Shown here piece after piece: positions 27,788-37,682 of a DNA stretch of 64,000 nucleotides. The position numbers and the translations under genes are program-made. The notes below the pieces were generated by a model. The model had not been told where the DNA came from, ran no database searches, and was given only the letters and a program-made list of their open reading frames with translations. This DNA is from Vulcanimicrobiota bacterium (GTDB taxonomy: Bacteria; Vulcanimicrobiota; Vulcanimicrobiia; Vulcanimicrobiales; Vulcanimicrobiaceae): positions 1,152,001 through 1,216,000 of the forward strand of contig OY968762.1 in assembly GCA_963695225.1 (NCBI GenBank), written 5' to 3'. The first letter of the stretch is position 1. Each line of letters begins with the position of its first letter.

Positions 27788-29314
27788 TCAGTTCGCTCCA
27801 AGCGCGTAGAGCAGCGTCTGCTCCGCGGTGCGCACGGAGTAGACGCTCGTGACTTGGTCGGTCAACGCCTGCGTCAAACCGACCTGAGCGCTGAGCAAGA
27901 GCGGCAGCGTCGTCACGCCGGCCGCGTACTGCGCCTGGGTCGCTTGCAGAACCTCCACGGCCTTCGCGTATTCAGCCTGCGCCTGATCGAGCGCGGCGCG
28001 GGCCGAAACGAGGCCGATCAGGGCTTGCTGCACGCTCAACTGCAGGTTGAGCCGCGTGGCATCCAAGGAGGCTTGCGCGTTCGCCAAGCTCGCTCGCGCC
28101 TGATCGGCGTTCGCGCTGGTCACGCCCTGATCGAAGAGCGGAATCGCGAGGACCGCCCCGAGCGAGCTCGAATTGCGGAACGTTCCGCCCCCCGCAGCGG
28201 TCGAGGTCGTGCTGCTGCTCGCGCTGCCGGAGAGCGTCGGGAAACTCCCGAGTTGCGCCGCGCGCAGCGACGCGCGGGCCGCCTTCAGCGACTGCAGGCT
28301 CGCGTCGTAGTCCGGCCGCTGCGCGAGCGCCCGCGCGATCGCCTGCGCGTAGCTCGGGATCACGACCGTCGAAGCTTGCGCGGCCTCGTCGGCGAGAGGC
28401 GCGTCGTCGATCGGCTTGACGTCCACGTTCGCCTCGAGCCCCATCGCATTCGCGAGCGCCGCATACGAGGAACGCTCCGCTCCCTGCGCCCGCACGAGCG
28501 CGACGCGCGCTTGTGCCGTCGGCAATTGCGCCGTCGCGATGTCCGTCCGCGCCGCCGCCCCCGCGCGGTACTGCGCGGTGACGAGATCCTCCTGAACCTG
28601 GTTGAGCTTCACGGTTTGAACCGCGACCTCGGTCTGGCGCTCCGCGGTCAGCGCGGCGAAATACGCCGTCGCGACGTTGTACGAGACGGTCTGGAGTTGG
28701 CGCCGGTAGAGGTCGCCGAACTGCGTCTCGTTCGCCTTCGCCGCGCGGATCGATTCCGCGACGCGTCCTCCGTCGAAGACGAGTTGGCGCAGCGTCACGC
28801 CGAGCGAATTCGTCGTCGACGGAGATGCACGCAGCACCGTCCCCGTGCCGGTATCGACGAAAGATCCGCCCTGCGAAAACGAGCGAGTCGTGCTCGCGTT
28901 TCCCGCCAGATTCGGGAGGAGGCCCGTCTGCGCCAAGCGCGCTTGGGCCCGGGCGATTCCTTCGTCGGCGCGGGCCGTCGCGAGCGCGGGGGAGCGGGCC
29001 GCAGCGATTGCGACCGCCTGCTGCAACGTGAGCCGCGCAGGCACGCCGGGCGCGGGCACGGCATCGAGCCCGGTCACGGGCGTCCCGTAGGCGGGATACT
29101 GCAGCGGCGCCGTCGACCCGGCGGGGCCGATCGTCGGAACCGGGATCGGGCTCGGGAGCGTCACGCCCTGCGGCGGGAGCGTGGGCGTTGCGACCGCCGC
29201 GGGCGGGAGCGAGGGTGTCGCGGCCGGCGCAGCCGTCGCGGCTCGAGGGAGCGCCACGAGAAGCGCGAGGGTGAATGCGGCGAGCGCGGTGCGTGCGAAT
29301 GTCGTTGCGAACAT
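27788..29314 (-). CDS. TolC-family outer membrane efflux protein
   Basis: Signal peptide, two OEP repeats (LRQLVFDGG, IPLFDQG), YRAG/YAAG. Confidence 0.9.
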   Translation of the reverse strand: MFATTFARTALAAFTLALLVALPRAATAAPAATPSLPPAAVATPTLPPQGVTLPSPIPVPTIGPAGSTAPLQYPAYGTPVTGLDAVPAPGVPARLTLQQAVAIAAARSPALATARADEGIARAQARLAQTGLLPNLAGNASTTRSFSQGGSFVDTGTGTVLRASPSTTNSLGVTLRQLVFDGGRVAESIRAAKANETQFGDLYRRQLQTVSYNVATAYFAALTAERQTEVAVQTVKLNQVQEDLVTAQYRAGAAARTDIATAQLPTAQARVALVRAQGAERSSYAALANAMGLEANVDVKPIDDAPLADEAAQASTVVIPSYAQAIARALAQRPDYDASLQSLKAARASLRAAQLGSFPTLSGSASSSTTSTAAGGGTFRNSSSLGAVLAIPLFDQGVTSANADQARASLANAQASLDATRLNLQLSVQQALIGLVSARAALDQAQAEYAKAVEVLQATQAQYAAGVTTLPLLLSAQVGLTQALTDQVTSVYSVRTAEQTLLYALGAN

Positions 29315-29320
29315 CGCGGG

Positions 29321-30709
29321 CTACTTCTTAGCCGCGGGAGTGGCTGAGCCGCTCGGCTTTTGCCCCGCGGGCGCGCCCGGTGGAGCGCCGCCGGGCCCCG
29401 CTCCGGCGACGGCCACGACGCTGCCGTCCTGTAGCGAATCCGGACGCGTCGTGATCACGACCGTCCCGGGCCGGACCTTTCCGCCGAGGATCTCGGATAG
29501 GCTATCGGTCTGCAAGCCGACTTGAATCGGGATCGCTTTCGCTTTGCCGTCCTCGACCGTGAAAACGTTCGCGCCGCTTTCGCTCTGGAAGATCGCGGAG
29601 CGCGGCACGACGATCGCCGCGCGATGCGCTTCCTTGCGCACGTTGACCGTCACGAGCATCCCGCCGCGCAAGAGTCCGTCGGGGTTCTCCCGGCGGACGC
29701 GCGCGCGATACGAGAGCGTCCCTTGCGTCGGCGTCGCGTTCACGTCGGAGATCGCCGCCGAAAACGTCTTGCCGGGGATCGACGCGGTCGTGAACGTCAC
29801 CGGCGTCCCGGAGTGAACGTACGGGAGATCCTCGTCCGGAACGTTCGCGTTCACGTAGACCGACGAGATCTGCGAGACTTTCACGACGGGCGCATTCGGG
29901 CTCGCGAGCGCGCCCGGGTCGAGGAAACGTTGCGTCACCACGCCGTCGAACGGCGCGTAGATCGAAGTCTGATCGATCTGCGTGCGGAGCAGCGCCACGC
30001 TCGCTTGGGCCTGCTGCAGCGCGCCTTTGTTCGCCGCGATCGTCTGCTTGTCGACTTGCGTCTGCCCGAGGTTCGCCTTCGCGCTGGCGAGCGCGGCTTG
30101 CGCCGCTTGCAAACCCGAGCGCGCGTTGTTCACCTCTTGCTGCGCCGCGACGTAAGCCGCTTGGGATTGCGTCAACGCCGTCTGAGAAACGTAGCCCTGC
30201 GCGAACAGCTGCTGGTTCTGCGCGTTGACGAGTTGCGCGCTCTTGAGCGAGGCTTCGGCCGTCGCGACGCGATTGCGCGCCCCGTCGAGCCCCTGCTGCG
30301 CGCTCGCGAGCGACGACGCGTACTGTTGCGATTGGATCGGCTGCGAAATCGTCGAGCTGACGAGCCGCGCGCGCGCCTGCTCGAGGAGGCCTTCGTTCTG
30401 CGCGAGTTCCGCGCGCAACGTCGAATCGTCAAGCTTCGCGAGGAGCTGCCCCTTCTCCACGTGCTGCCCTTCGGTCACGTAGATCGCCGCAAGCGTCCCG
30501 GATTGGGTCGAGTTCAGCGTCGATTCCTGCAGCGGCGCGATCTGGCCGTCGAGCGCAAGGTACGTGGCGATGTCCTGCTGCGTCGCCTTGCCGACGTCCA
30601 CCGCTAGCGGCGGCGGCCCCGCGGGCCCCTTGGCGGCGGGCTTTCCGCAGCCGCCCAGCGCGAGGACGAATGCGGACCCGAGGAGCAGCGCACGCGTGCG
30701 AACGGTCAT
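29321..30709 (-). CDS. Efflux periplasmic adaptor (MFP) lipoprotein
   Basis: Lipobox LGGC, lipoyl halves (VTEGQHVEKGQLL, IYAPFDGVV), long alpha-hairpin. Confidence 0.9.
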   Translation of the reverse strand: MTVRTRALLLGSAFVLALGGCGKPAAKGPAGPPPLAVDVGKATQQDIATYLALDGQIAPLQESTLNSTQSGTLAAIYVTEGQHVEKGQLLAKLDDSTLRAELAQNEGLLEQARARLVSSTISQPIQSQQYASSLASAQQGLDGARNRVATAEASLKSAQLVNAQNQQLFAQGYVSQTALTQSQAAYVAAQQEVNNARSGLQAAQAALASAKANLGQTQVDKQTIAANKGALQQAQASVALLRTQIDQTSIYAPFDGVVTQRFLDPGALASPNAPVVKVSQISSVYVNANVPDEDLPYVHSGTPVTFTTASIPGKTFSAAISDVNATPTQGTLSYRARVRRENPDGLLRGGMLVTVNVRKEAHRAAIVVPRSAIFQSESGANVFTVEDGKAKAIPIQVGLQTDSLSEILGGKVRPGTVVITTRPDSLQDGSVVAVAGAGPGGAPPGAPAGQKPSGSATPAAKK

Positions 30710-30849
30710 GGTTCTCCTTGATCGACAGGTCGGGGAGCTCGAACGATTCCACCCCTAGTACACACAAAACGCACCTTTTGATTCATCCGTCGCAGTTGCG
30801 GTGCGCCCGGCAGCGGGAGCAACGCCTTCGCCGGAGTAACACTCGCTTC

Positions 30850-31248
30850 ATGGGAGCCAAGGTCGAGGTCGGTCGGACGTACCGGAGTCAGACCCGGGTC
30901 GAAGAGTGGATGACGGCCCACAAGGCCGGCAATACGGGGGTCGACGTCCTTTCGACACCGATGCTGCTCCAACTGGTCGAAGACGCCGCCGTGCAATGCA
31001 TCGCCCCGATGCTCGCCCCGGGCGAAGTCTCGCTCGCGGCGCACGTGGACCTGCGGCATCTGGCCCCGACTCCCGTCGGCTTCATCGTGCGGACGGAAGT
31101 TCAAATCACGGCGATCAACGGGCGGTGGATCCAATTTGCCGTCACGGCTTTCGACGAACGGGAAAAGATCGCAGAGGGGACGCACGAGCGCTACGTCATC
31201 GAGCTGACGAAGTTCCGCGCCGTGCTCGAGGACAAGCATCAGATCTGA
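30850..31248 (+). CDS. Hotdog-fold thioesterase, FlK-like
   Basis: VLSTPML...VE, HLAPTPVG, EGTHER. Confidence 0.85.
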   Translation: MGAKVEVGRTYRSQTRVEEWMTAHKAGNTGVDVLSTPMLLQLVEDAAVQCIAPMLAPGEVSLAAHVDLRHLAPTPVGFIVRTEVQITAINGRWIQFAVTAFDEREKIAEGTHERYVIELTKFRAVLEDKHQI

Positions 31249-31500
31249 GCGCGACCCGTCCGGCGGCCTTTCGCGCACTCGCGAGCGCAGCGCTCGGATC
31301 GGCCGCCCCGCCTCGGCGGGCCGAGCAATTTTGACTTTTCACGGTTCCGGCCGGAACCAACCCCTCGCCACGTGTCGTTATAAGCCGAAGATGAGATACG
31401 TTATCTCTCACGGGAGACTACCTGGGCAGCCTCATGGGTATACCGAGAGAGAAGGAAGCGTCCGGCTTTCTCCCGTCTCTGAATTGAGTGGAGGACAGAT

Positions 31501-32847
31501 TTGAAAGCAATCAGCACCGGCGTGCTTGCGGCATTCGCCGCCGGCCTCGGGCTGTCGGCGATCGCGAGCACGGCCGTCTCGAGCGCAGCGCAAGGCAACA
31601 CTGGACCCTACGCGTCTGCTCCCAAGATGGTCGAGATCAAGATCGTCGCACAAGCCTCATTGCCACCAGCCGACTTCGGTACACCGCCTTCGGGCGAAGT
31701 GCCGATCCTGTACAACGACCACCACGTCTACGCGAAGCCGAGCCGCCTGAAACAAGATCGGACGCTCGGCGCTCTGGTCCGCGGCAACACGATCCTCGTT
31801 CCGCTCCGCTCGATGTTCGAGCAGATGGGCGCGACGGTTTCGTACGATCCGGCGACCAAGACGGTCGACGTGTCGAAGCCCGGCTCCGACGTCAAAGTGA
31901 CGGTCGGCAAGCCCGAGGTGATCATCAACGGTGAGAGCCGCCCGCTCGACGTTCCGCCCGAGATCTACAAGGGCGCCGTCGTCGTTCCGGTTCGCGTCAT
32001 CTCCGAGGGCATGGGCGCGTACGTCCAGTGGGTTCCTTCCAAGCAACTGACGGTCGTCCGCTACATCCCGGCGCCGCTCCCCCCGCCGCCGCCGACCCCG
32101 GCACCGACCGCACCGCCGACCCCGGCACCGGTCGCCACGCCGCCGCCGACGCCGGCACCCACGCCGACTCCGGTCGCGGCGAAGAAAGCCGCCAACGAAG
32201 CGTTCGTCGCCGGCGATTACATCATCTCGCCGAAGGTGTACAACGAGTTCAGCCCCGGCAACACCGGCAAGTACGGCAGCTACGGCCTCAAGGCCGGCAT
32301 CGAGTTCGGTCTGTTGAACCTGCCGTGGATGCTCGAAGTCGACTCGCGTCAGTTCACGTATCCGCATAACGGCAACCTGCTGCCCACCGGCGGGCTTCCC
32401 GCACCGGGCGACCAGGGGTACGTCACCGTCATCGGCGGCGGCGGCCAGACGTTCGTTCCGACGTTCAACGCTCGCGATTCGGACTTCGACGTCCGTTGGG
32501 GCCTGAAACTCGCCGATCCGCGTCTGTACGTCGGCGTCGGCTACCTCTGGCGGACCACGAACTACGGCTATCCGAAACAAAACGGTCTCGGATTCGGCGC
32601 CGAGAAGTTGCCGGATCTCGACCAGCCCTTCTCGATCTACGGAAGCATCTGGTACTACCCGAGCGTCACAGGCTCCGGCCTCTCGTATCGCATCATGAAG
32701 TACGACATCGGCGGCACCTACAATTTCGGTAGCACCCCGCTGTACCTCGACTTCGGCTACCTCGGCGATCAAGGCCGCAACAAGACCAACGCACCCGCCG
32801 ACTTCAGCCACAACGGGCCGCACGTCGGACTCGGCATCCACTTCTAG
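31501..32847 (+). CDS. Exported protein: copper-amine-oxidase-N/stalk domain, Pro/Thr linker, C-terminal beta-barrel
   Basis: Signal peptide, ILVPLRSMFEQMGATVSYD and VVPVRVISEGMGAYVQW repeats, PTPAP linker, amphipathic strands ending GLGIHF; GGAGG RBS. Confidence 0.85.
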   Translation: MKAISTGVLAAFAAGLGLSAIASTAVSSAAQGNTGPYASAPKMVEIKIVAQASLPPADFGTPPSGEVPILYNDHHVYAKPSRLKQDRTLGALVRGNTILVPLRSMFEQMGATVSYDPATKTVDVSKPGSDVKVTVGKPEVIINGESRPLDVPPEIYKGAVVVPVRVISEGMGAYVQWVPSKQLTVVRYIPAPLPPPPPTPAPTAPPTPAPVATPPPTPAPTPTPVAAKKAANEAFVAGDYIISPKVYNEFSPGNTGKYGSYGLKAGIEFGLLNLPWMLEVDSRQFTYPHNGNLLPTGGLPAPGDQGYVTVIGGGGQTFVPTFNARDSDFDVRWGLKLADPRLYVGVGYLWRTTNYGYPKQNGLGFGAEKLPDLDQPFSIYGSIWYYPSVTGSGLSYRIMKYDIGGTYNFGSTPLYLDFGYLGDQGRNKTNAPADFSHNGPHVGLGIHF

Positions 32848-32867
32848 ACGGAAGCAGACCCGAAACG

Positions 32868-32903
32868 AGAAGGAGCCTCACGCCCAGGCGTGAGGCTCCT
32901 TCT
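32868..32903. terminator. Bidirectional intrinsic terminator
   Basis: AGAAGGAGCCTCACGCC-CA-GGCGTGAGGCTCCTTCT between convergent genes. Confidence 0.8.
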
Positions 32904-32917
32904 TCGCGCTACGCCGT

Positions 32918-33433
32918 CTACTTCGGCGCGTCGCCGGCCACGACGGAGAGCGGGACCTGCGCGTCGGCGCGGGCCGAGAAGTCCGGCAACGGATGTTCGG
33001 CGAGTTCCCGCTGCAACTGCTTCGCCTGCGGCGTCTTCGCATAGCGCTCGAACAGCCAGCGTTCGGCCCTTTGGGCCTTCGCGATCGCAGCGGGGAGCGG
33101 GAGCTTCGCGTAGAGACGCTCGAGGCGATAGATCGAACCGGGGAGCGCGGTATCCTCGGGATACTTCCGCTCCAAGTCCCTGATCGCATCTTCGACGTTG
33201 CCGATCATGCCGAGCACGGCGTTCGACGTCGAAGGATCCGCGGTGAAGCGCGCGTCTTGGTCTCGCAGGATGTTGCGCATGCCGAGGATGCTGATCTTCA
33301 GCGGGCCGAAATACTCGTCCGCGGGCGCGAGGTGAACCGGGCGCCCGGCCGCAAATGCAGGTTGCGGCGGCACCGCCCCGGCCGCCGCGGCGGCGGCGAC
33401 GGCGAACGCGATCGAAACGAGCAATCGTCTCAC
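32918..33433 (-). CDS. Hypothetical exported helical protein
   Basis: Signal peptide ending AFA; APADEYFGPLKISILGMRN; RBS-like GAAGGGA. Confidence 0.7.
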   Translation of the reverse strand: MRRLLVSIAFAVAAAAAAGAVPPQPAFAAGRPVHLAPADEYFGPLKISILGMRNILRDQDARFTADPSTSNAVLGMIGNVEDAIRDLERKYPEDTALPGSIYRLERLYAKLPLPAAIAKAQRAERWLFERYAKTPQAKQLQRELAEHPLPDFSARADAQVPLSVVAGDAPK

Positions 33434-33479
33434 GGGGACCGTCCCTTCTGTGCACGGATGATATCGGAGGCCAAAGCAC

Positions 33480-34829
33480 TTGTCATTAGCGAAACTTGCC
33501 GTCGCCTGCATCCAAGTGCACGCATATGACCGGGATCACTTCGGGGAGCACTGGGCCTTCGTCGTCGAGATGGTGGAACGGGCGGCGACGCGGGGTGCCC
33601 GGCTGATCGTCGTCCCGGAGGGTTCGGTCCCGGGGTACGTCCTCGGAACGGCTCCGGTCGAACCCGCGCTCCTGCGCCAAGCGGAGCGTACGTTGAGCCA
33701 CGTCGCGCGCGCTCACGGCGCCGTGATCGTCTACGGGACGGCGCGCATCGTCGACGGCGCGACGTACAACGCCGCCTGCGTCGTCGGACCCGACGGCGGC
33801 ATCCTCGGAAACGCGCACAAGAACTTCCTCTGGCATTTCGACCGCCTGTGGTTCGCCCCGGGGAACGCGCTCGAACCGATCGCGACGCCGCTCGGTTCGC
33901 TCGGCGTGCTCGTGTGCGCCGACGGCCGCATCCCGACGCTCGCGCGCGCGCTCGTCGATCGCGGCGCGCAGGTCCTCGTGATGCCGACCGCTTGGGTGAC
34001 GAGCGGGCGCGATCCACGCAACCTCGAGAATCTGCAAGCGGACTTGCTCGCGAACGTGCGCGCTAGGGAGAACGGCGTCCCGTTCGTCGCCGCGAACAAA
34101 GTCGGGACCGAAGCGCGCAGCGTCGCGTATTGCGGGAAGAGCGCGATCGTCGCGGCCGACGGCACGTTCGTCGCGCGCGGCGGCGAGCGCGAAGAGACGA
34201 TCGTCTACGGCGAAATCGAAATCGGCGCGGCGCACCCGCTGCGCGGCCCGCAACTCGCCGCACCACCGGAACGGCCCGATAACGCGCGCGAAGTACGGCT
34301 CGCCGTCTCGACCGCGCGTTCTGCCGAAGAGATCGCCTGGTTGGCGCGCCTCGCCGCACGTGCCGATGCGCACGGCCTCATCGCGCTCGGATCGAGCGCG
34401 GCGGCGGAGACGGGCATCCCGGCGCTCGACGCGTCCGGTTCGCCGCGAACCATCGCACGCGTCGCCGGCGTTTCGTTCGGGCTCGTCGACGACGCGACGA
34501 TCGAAGATCCGGCGGGGCTCGTGGCGGCGCGTCTCGGCGGCATCGACGCGTTCTGCTGGGTCACCGAACGCGACCCGGCATGGCAGACGACGTTGGCGCG
34601 CGCGCGCGCCGCGGAGTTGCGCGCATACGTCGTCGTCCTCGATCCGCGCTATGGCGGCCGCGCGTTCGCTTGCGATCCCGACGGCACCGCCGTCTGCGGA
34701 ACGTTCGACGATCTCCGCGTAGCGGCGTTCGTCTATAGCACCGCGCGCACTGCGAACACGCTGGCGGCGCCGCACACGGACGTCCTAGAGGGGCTGCGGC
34801 GCGTCGAGGAGATCGCGGGCGCGCGGTAG
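33480..34829 (+). CDS. Carbon-nitrogen hydrolase (nitrilase superfamily) with C-terminal degenerate repeat
   Basis: Triad motifs VVPE, HK, VCAD; RARENG; start uncertain. Confidence 0.85.
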   Translation: MSLAKLAVACIQVHAYDRDHFGEHWAFVVEMVERAATRGARLIVVPEGSVPGYVLGTAPVEPALLRQAERTLSHVARAHGAVIVYGTARIVDGATYNAACVVGPDGGILGNAHKNFLWHFDRLWFAPGNALEPIATPLGSLGVLVCADGRIPTLARALVDRGAQVLVMPTAWVTSGRDPRNLENLQADLLANVRARENGVPFVAANKVGTEARSVAYCGKSAIVAADGTFVARGGEREETIVYGEIEIGAAHPLRGPQLAAPPERPDNAREVRLAVSTARSAEEIAWLARLAARADAHGLIALGSSAAAETGIPALDASGSPRTIARVAGVSFGLVDDATIEDPAGLVAARLGGIDAFCWVTERDPAWQTTLARARAAELRAYVVVLDPRYGGRAFACDPDGTAVCGTFDDLRVAAFVYSTARTANTLAAPHTDVLEGLRRVEEIAGAR

Positions 34830-34906
34830 GGGCGCGGCGCACGGGGTTACGCGTCGCCGTCACGAATGGCGACCTGAACGCAGCCGCAAGAGAGGACCGC
34901 CCGCTC

Positions 34907-36358
34907 GTGACCTTCGCCTCGCTCGCCCAACGCGCGCTCGACACCGCGAGCGCTCGCGGTGCGGCGTACGCCGACATCCGCTTCGAAGACGGCCGCAGCG
35001 AGCGGATCGAAGTGCGCAACGGCGGCGTCGCGACGCTCTCGGATGAAACGAGCATCGGCTACGGGATCCGCGCGCTCGTCGACGGCGCCTGGGGGTTCGC
35101 CGCCGGGGCCGATCTTTCGGAGGCGGGCATCGATGCGGTCGCCGCGCAGGCCGTCGAAATCGCGCGCGCGGGCGCCGGAGTCGCGACGCGGCGCCGGGCG
35201 CACGTGCCGGTGGATTCGTACGTCGACACCTACGCGACGCCGGTCGAACGGGATCCGGCCGGCGTTCCGCTCGGCGAGCGCGTCGCGCTCTTGCTGGACG
35301 CCGAACGCGCGCTGCACGCGACGCCGCAGATCAGCGTCGGCCGCGCGTGGATCGATCTGTGGCGGACGGAGAAAGAGTTCTTCAGCACCACCGGTTCCCG
35401 CATCGCGCAATCGCTCCGTCAAACGGGGAGCGGGATCTCCGCGCTCGCCGTCGACGAACACGACGCGCAAGACCGCGCGTACCCCGGCGACAACGGGCTC
35501 TACCAGGGCGGCGGCTGGGAGATCGTCGAACTCGCCCGGCTTCGCGAGAATGCCGCGCGGATCGGCGAGGAAGCTTCACAGTTGCTCTCCGCGCCGCAAT
35601 GTCCGGCCGGCATCTACGACGTCATCCTCGGCGGTTCCCAAGTCTCGCTGCAGATCCACGAATCGTGCGGGCACGCAGCGGAACTCGACCGCATCCTCGG
35701 CTGGGAGGCGAACTTCTCCGGCACGAGCTTCCTCGATCCCGCCGAACTCGGCCGGCTCGCATACGGATCGGAGCTCGTCACGATCGAACTCGACAACACG
35801 CTGCCGCGCGGTTTCGCGACCGTCGGCTACGACGACGAGGGAGCGAAGAGCGTGCGTTCCGACATCATCCGCAACGGCATGCTGGCCGGGTTCGAGATGT
35901 CGCGAGACACGGCACGGCTGATAGGCCGGCCGACGAACGCATGCGTGCGTGCGGAGAGTTGGAAGCACGTGCCGATGATCCGCATGTGCAACCTGAACTT
36001 GCATCCGGGAACGACGCCGTTCGAAGCGTTGTTCGAAGGCATCGACGACGGGATCTATATGGAATCGAATCGCTCGTGGTCGATCGACGACCGGCGCTTG
36101 AACTTCCAGTTCGGGTGCCAGATCGGTTGGGAGATCAAGCACGGGAAGCGCGGACGAATGCTCAAGAACCCCACGTACGGCGGCGTCACGCCGCAATTCT
36201 GGGGCGCGTGCGACGCGATCGCGGACGAGCGCTCGTGGGTCCCATGGGGGACCCCGAATTGCGGGAAGGGCGAGCCGATCCAGACGGGGCGGACGACGCA
36301 AGCCGCGGCCCCCGCGCGCTTCCGCAAGATCGCCGTCGGAGCGGGCTACCGTGGGTAG
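34907..36358 (+). CDS. tldD: TldD-family metalloprotease
   Basis: YGIRAL..GAWGFA, IHESCGHAAELD (HExxxH), DDEG, CGKG. Confidence 0.9.
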   Translation: MTFASLAQRALDTASARGAAYADIRFEDGRSERIEVRNGGVATLSDETSIGYGIRALVDGAWGFAAGADLSEAGIDAVAAQAVEIARAGAGVATRRRAHVPVDSYVDTYATPVERDPAGVPLGERVALLLDAERALHATPQISVGRAWIDLWRTEKEFFSTTGSRIAQSLRQTGSGISALAVDEHDAQDRAYPGDNGLYQGGGWEIVELARLRENAARIGEEASQLLSAPQCPAGIYDVILGGSQVSLQIHESCGHAAELDRILGWEANFSGTSFLDPAELGRLAYGSELVTIELDNTLPRGFATVGYDDEGAKSVRSDIIRNGMLAGFEMSRDTARLIGRPTNACVRAESWKHVPMIRMCNLNLHPGTTPFEALFEGIDDGIYMESNRSWSIDDRRLNFQFGCQIGWEIKHGKRGRMLKNPTYGGVTPQFWGACDAIADERSWVPWGTPNCGKGEPIQTGRTTQAAAPARFRKIAVGAGYRG

Positions 36359-37682
36359 CGCCGAGCGCGAGGCGCCTGCGGCGCGCGTCCTCGAACTCTC
36401 GGCCGCCGACGAGACCGAAGCGATCGTCACGAGCGCAGCGAGCGGCTTGACTCGCTTCACGCACAACGCGATCCATCAAAACGTCGCATCCTCCGACACG
36501 ACGGTGCGCGTCCGAGCGATCGTCGACCGGCGGACCGGCGTCGCGGTCACGAACGATACGTCCGAGCGGGGATTGCGCGCGGTCACCGAGCGCGCCGTCG
36601 CGATGGCGCGGCTCGCGCCGCGCGACGACGCGTTCCCCGGGCTCGCGCACTACGCGCCGAACCCGGCCCCGGCGGGATGTTTCCACGAAGCGACAGCCGT
36701 TGCGGACGCCGCACTCCGCGCGCGCATCGCGGAGGCGATCTTCCGCACCGGCGACGAGGGCGCGCTTCAAGCGGCCGGATACGTCACGACGGGCCGTTCC
36801 GGCGTTTCGATCGCGAACTCAGCCGGGACGCTCGCCTCGTTCGACTCGACCGACGCGGGCATCAACGTCAAGCAAATCGCCGCCGATTCGTCGGGTTACG
36901 CCGAACGGTACAGCAACGACGTCGCCGATCTCGACGGCACGCTCGCGGGTTCGCGCGCGGCCGAGAAGGCGCGCGCTTCGAGCGCGCCGATCGCCGTCGA
37001 GCCCGGCGCGTGGACGGTGATCCTCGAGCCCGCCGCCTTCGGCGAGCTGCTCTCGTATCTAACGCCGCATTTCTCCGCGCAAGCGTTCGACGAAGGCTCG
37101 TCGTTTCTCGGAGACGGCCTCGAGCGCCGGTACGCCGGCGAGAACGTAACGATCGTCGACGATTTCGCGCATCCGCTCAATCCCGGCCAACCATTTGATT
37201 ACGAGGGCGCGCCGAAGCAGCGCGTCGTCCTCTTGGAAAACGGCGTCGCGCGAGGGGTCGTCACGGACGCAAGCTGGGCCCGCAGGCTCGGGCGAGAGAA
37301 TACCGGGCACGCGCTCCCCGAACCGAACGCGTGGGGGCCGCATCCGCTGAACGTCGTGCTCGCCCCCGGCACGGCATCGACGGACGAACTGATCGCGGGA
37401 ACCAAGCGCGGCCTGCTGGTGAGCCGCTTCTGGTACATCCGCAACGTCGATCATCGCAAGACGATCGTGACGGGGATGACGCGCGACGGAACGTTCTTGA
37501 TCGAAGACGGGAAGATCGTGCGCGGCGTCCGCAATCTGCGCTTCAACCAGAGCATCCTGGAAGCGCTGAGGAACGCGGAGTTCTCTCGCGAGGCCGTGCG
37601 CACCGGCGGGTACTTCTACAGCATCGTCGCGCCCGCGGCGAAGATCGAAGGGTTCGCGTTCTCGTCCGTCACCGCGTTCTAG
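36351..37682 (+). CDS. PmbA/TldE-family protein
   Basis: TRFTHNAIHQN, VILEPAA, PFDYEG, TGMTRDG; no HExxxH; overlaps tldD. Confidence 0.88.
   Translation: MGSAEREAPAARVLELSAADETEAIVTSAASGLTRFTHNAIHQNVASSDTTVRVRAIVDRRTGVAVTNDTSERGLRAVTERAVAMARLAPRDDAFPGLAHYAPNPAPAGCFHEATAVADAALRARIAEAIFRTGDEGALQAAGYVTTGRSGVSIANSAGTLASFDSTDAGINVKQIAADSSGYAERYSNDVADLDGTLAGSRAAEKARASSAPIAVEPGAWTVILEPAAFGELLSYLTPHFSAQAFDEGSSFLGDGLERRYAGENVTIVDDFAHPLNPGQPFDYEGAPKQRVVLLENGVARGVVTDASWARRLGRENTGHALPEPNAWGPHPLNVVLAPGTASTDELIAGTKRGLLVSRFWYIRNVDHRKTIVTGMTRDGTFLIEDGKIVRGVRNLRFNQSILEALRNAEFSREAVRTGGYFYSIVAPAAKIEGFAFSSVTAF

Noticed and set aside
32070..32180. CCG/ACC-rich repeats as a CRISPR or VNTR array
   Set aside because: They encode the Pro/Thr/Ala linker; there is no repeat-spacer structure
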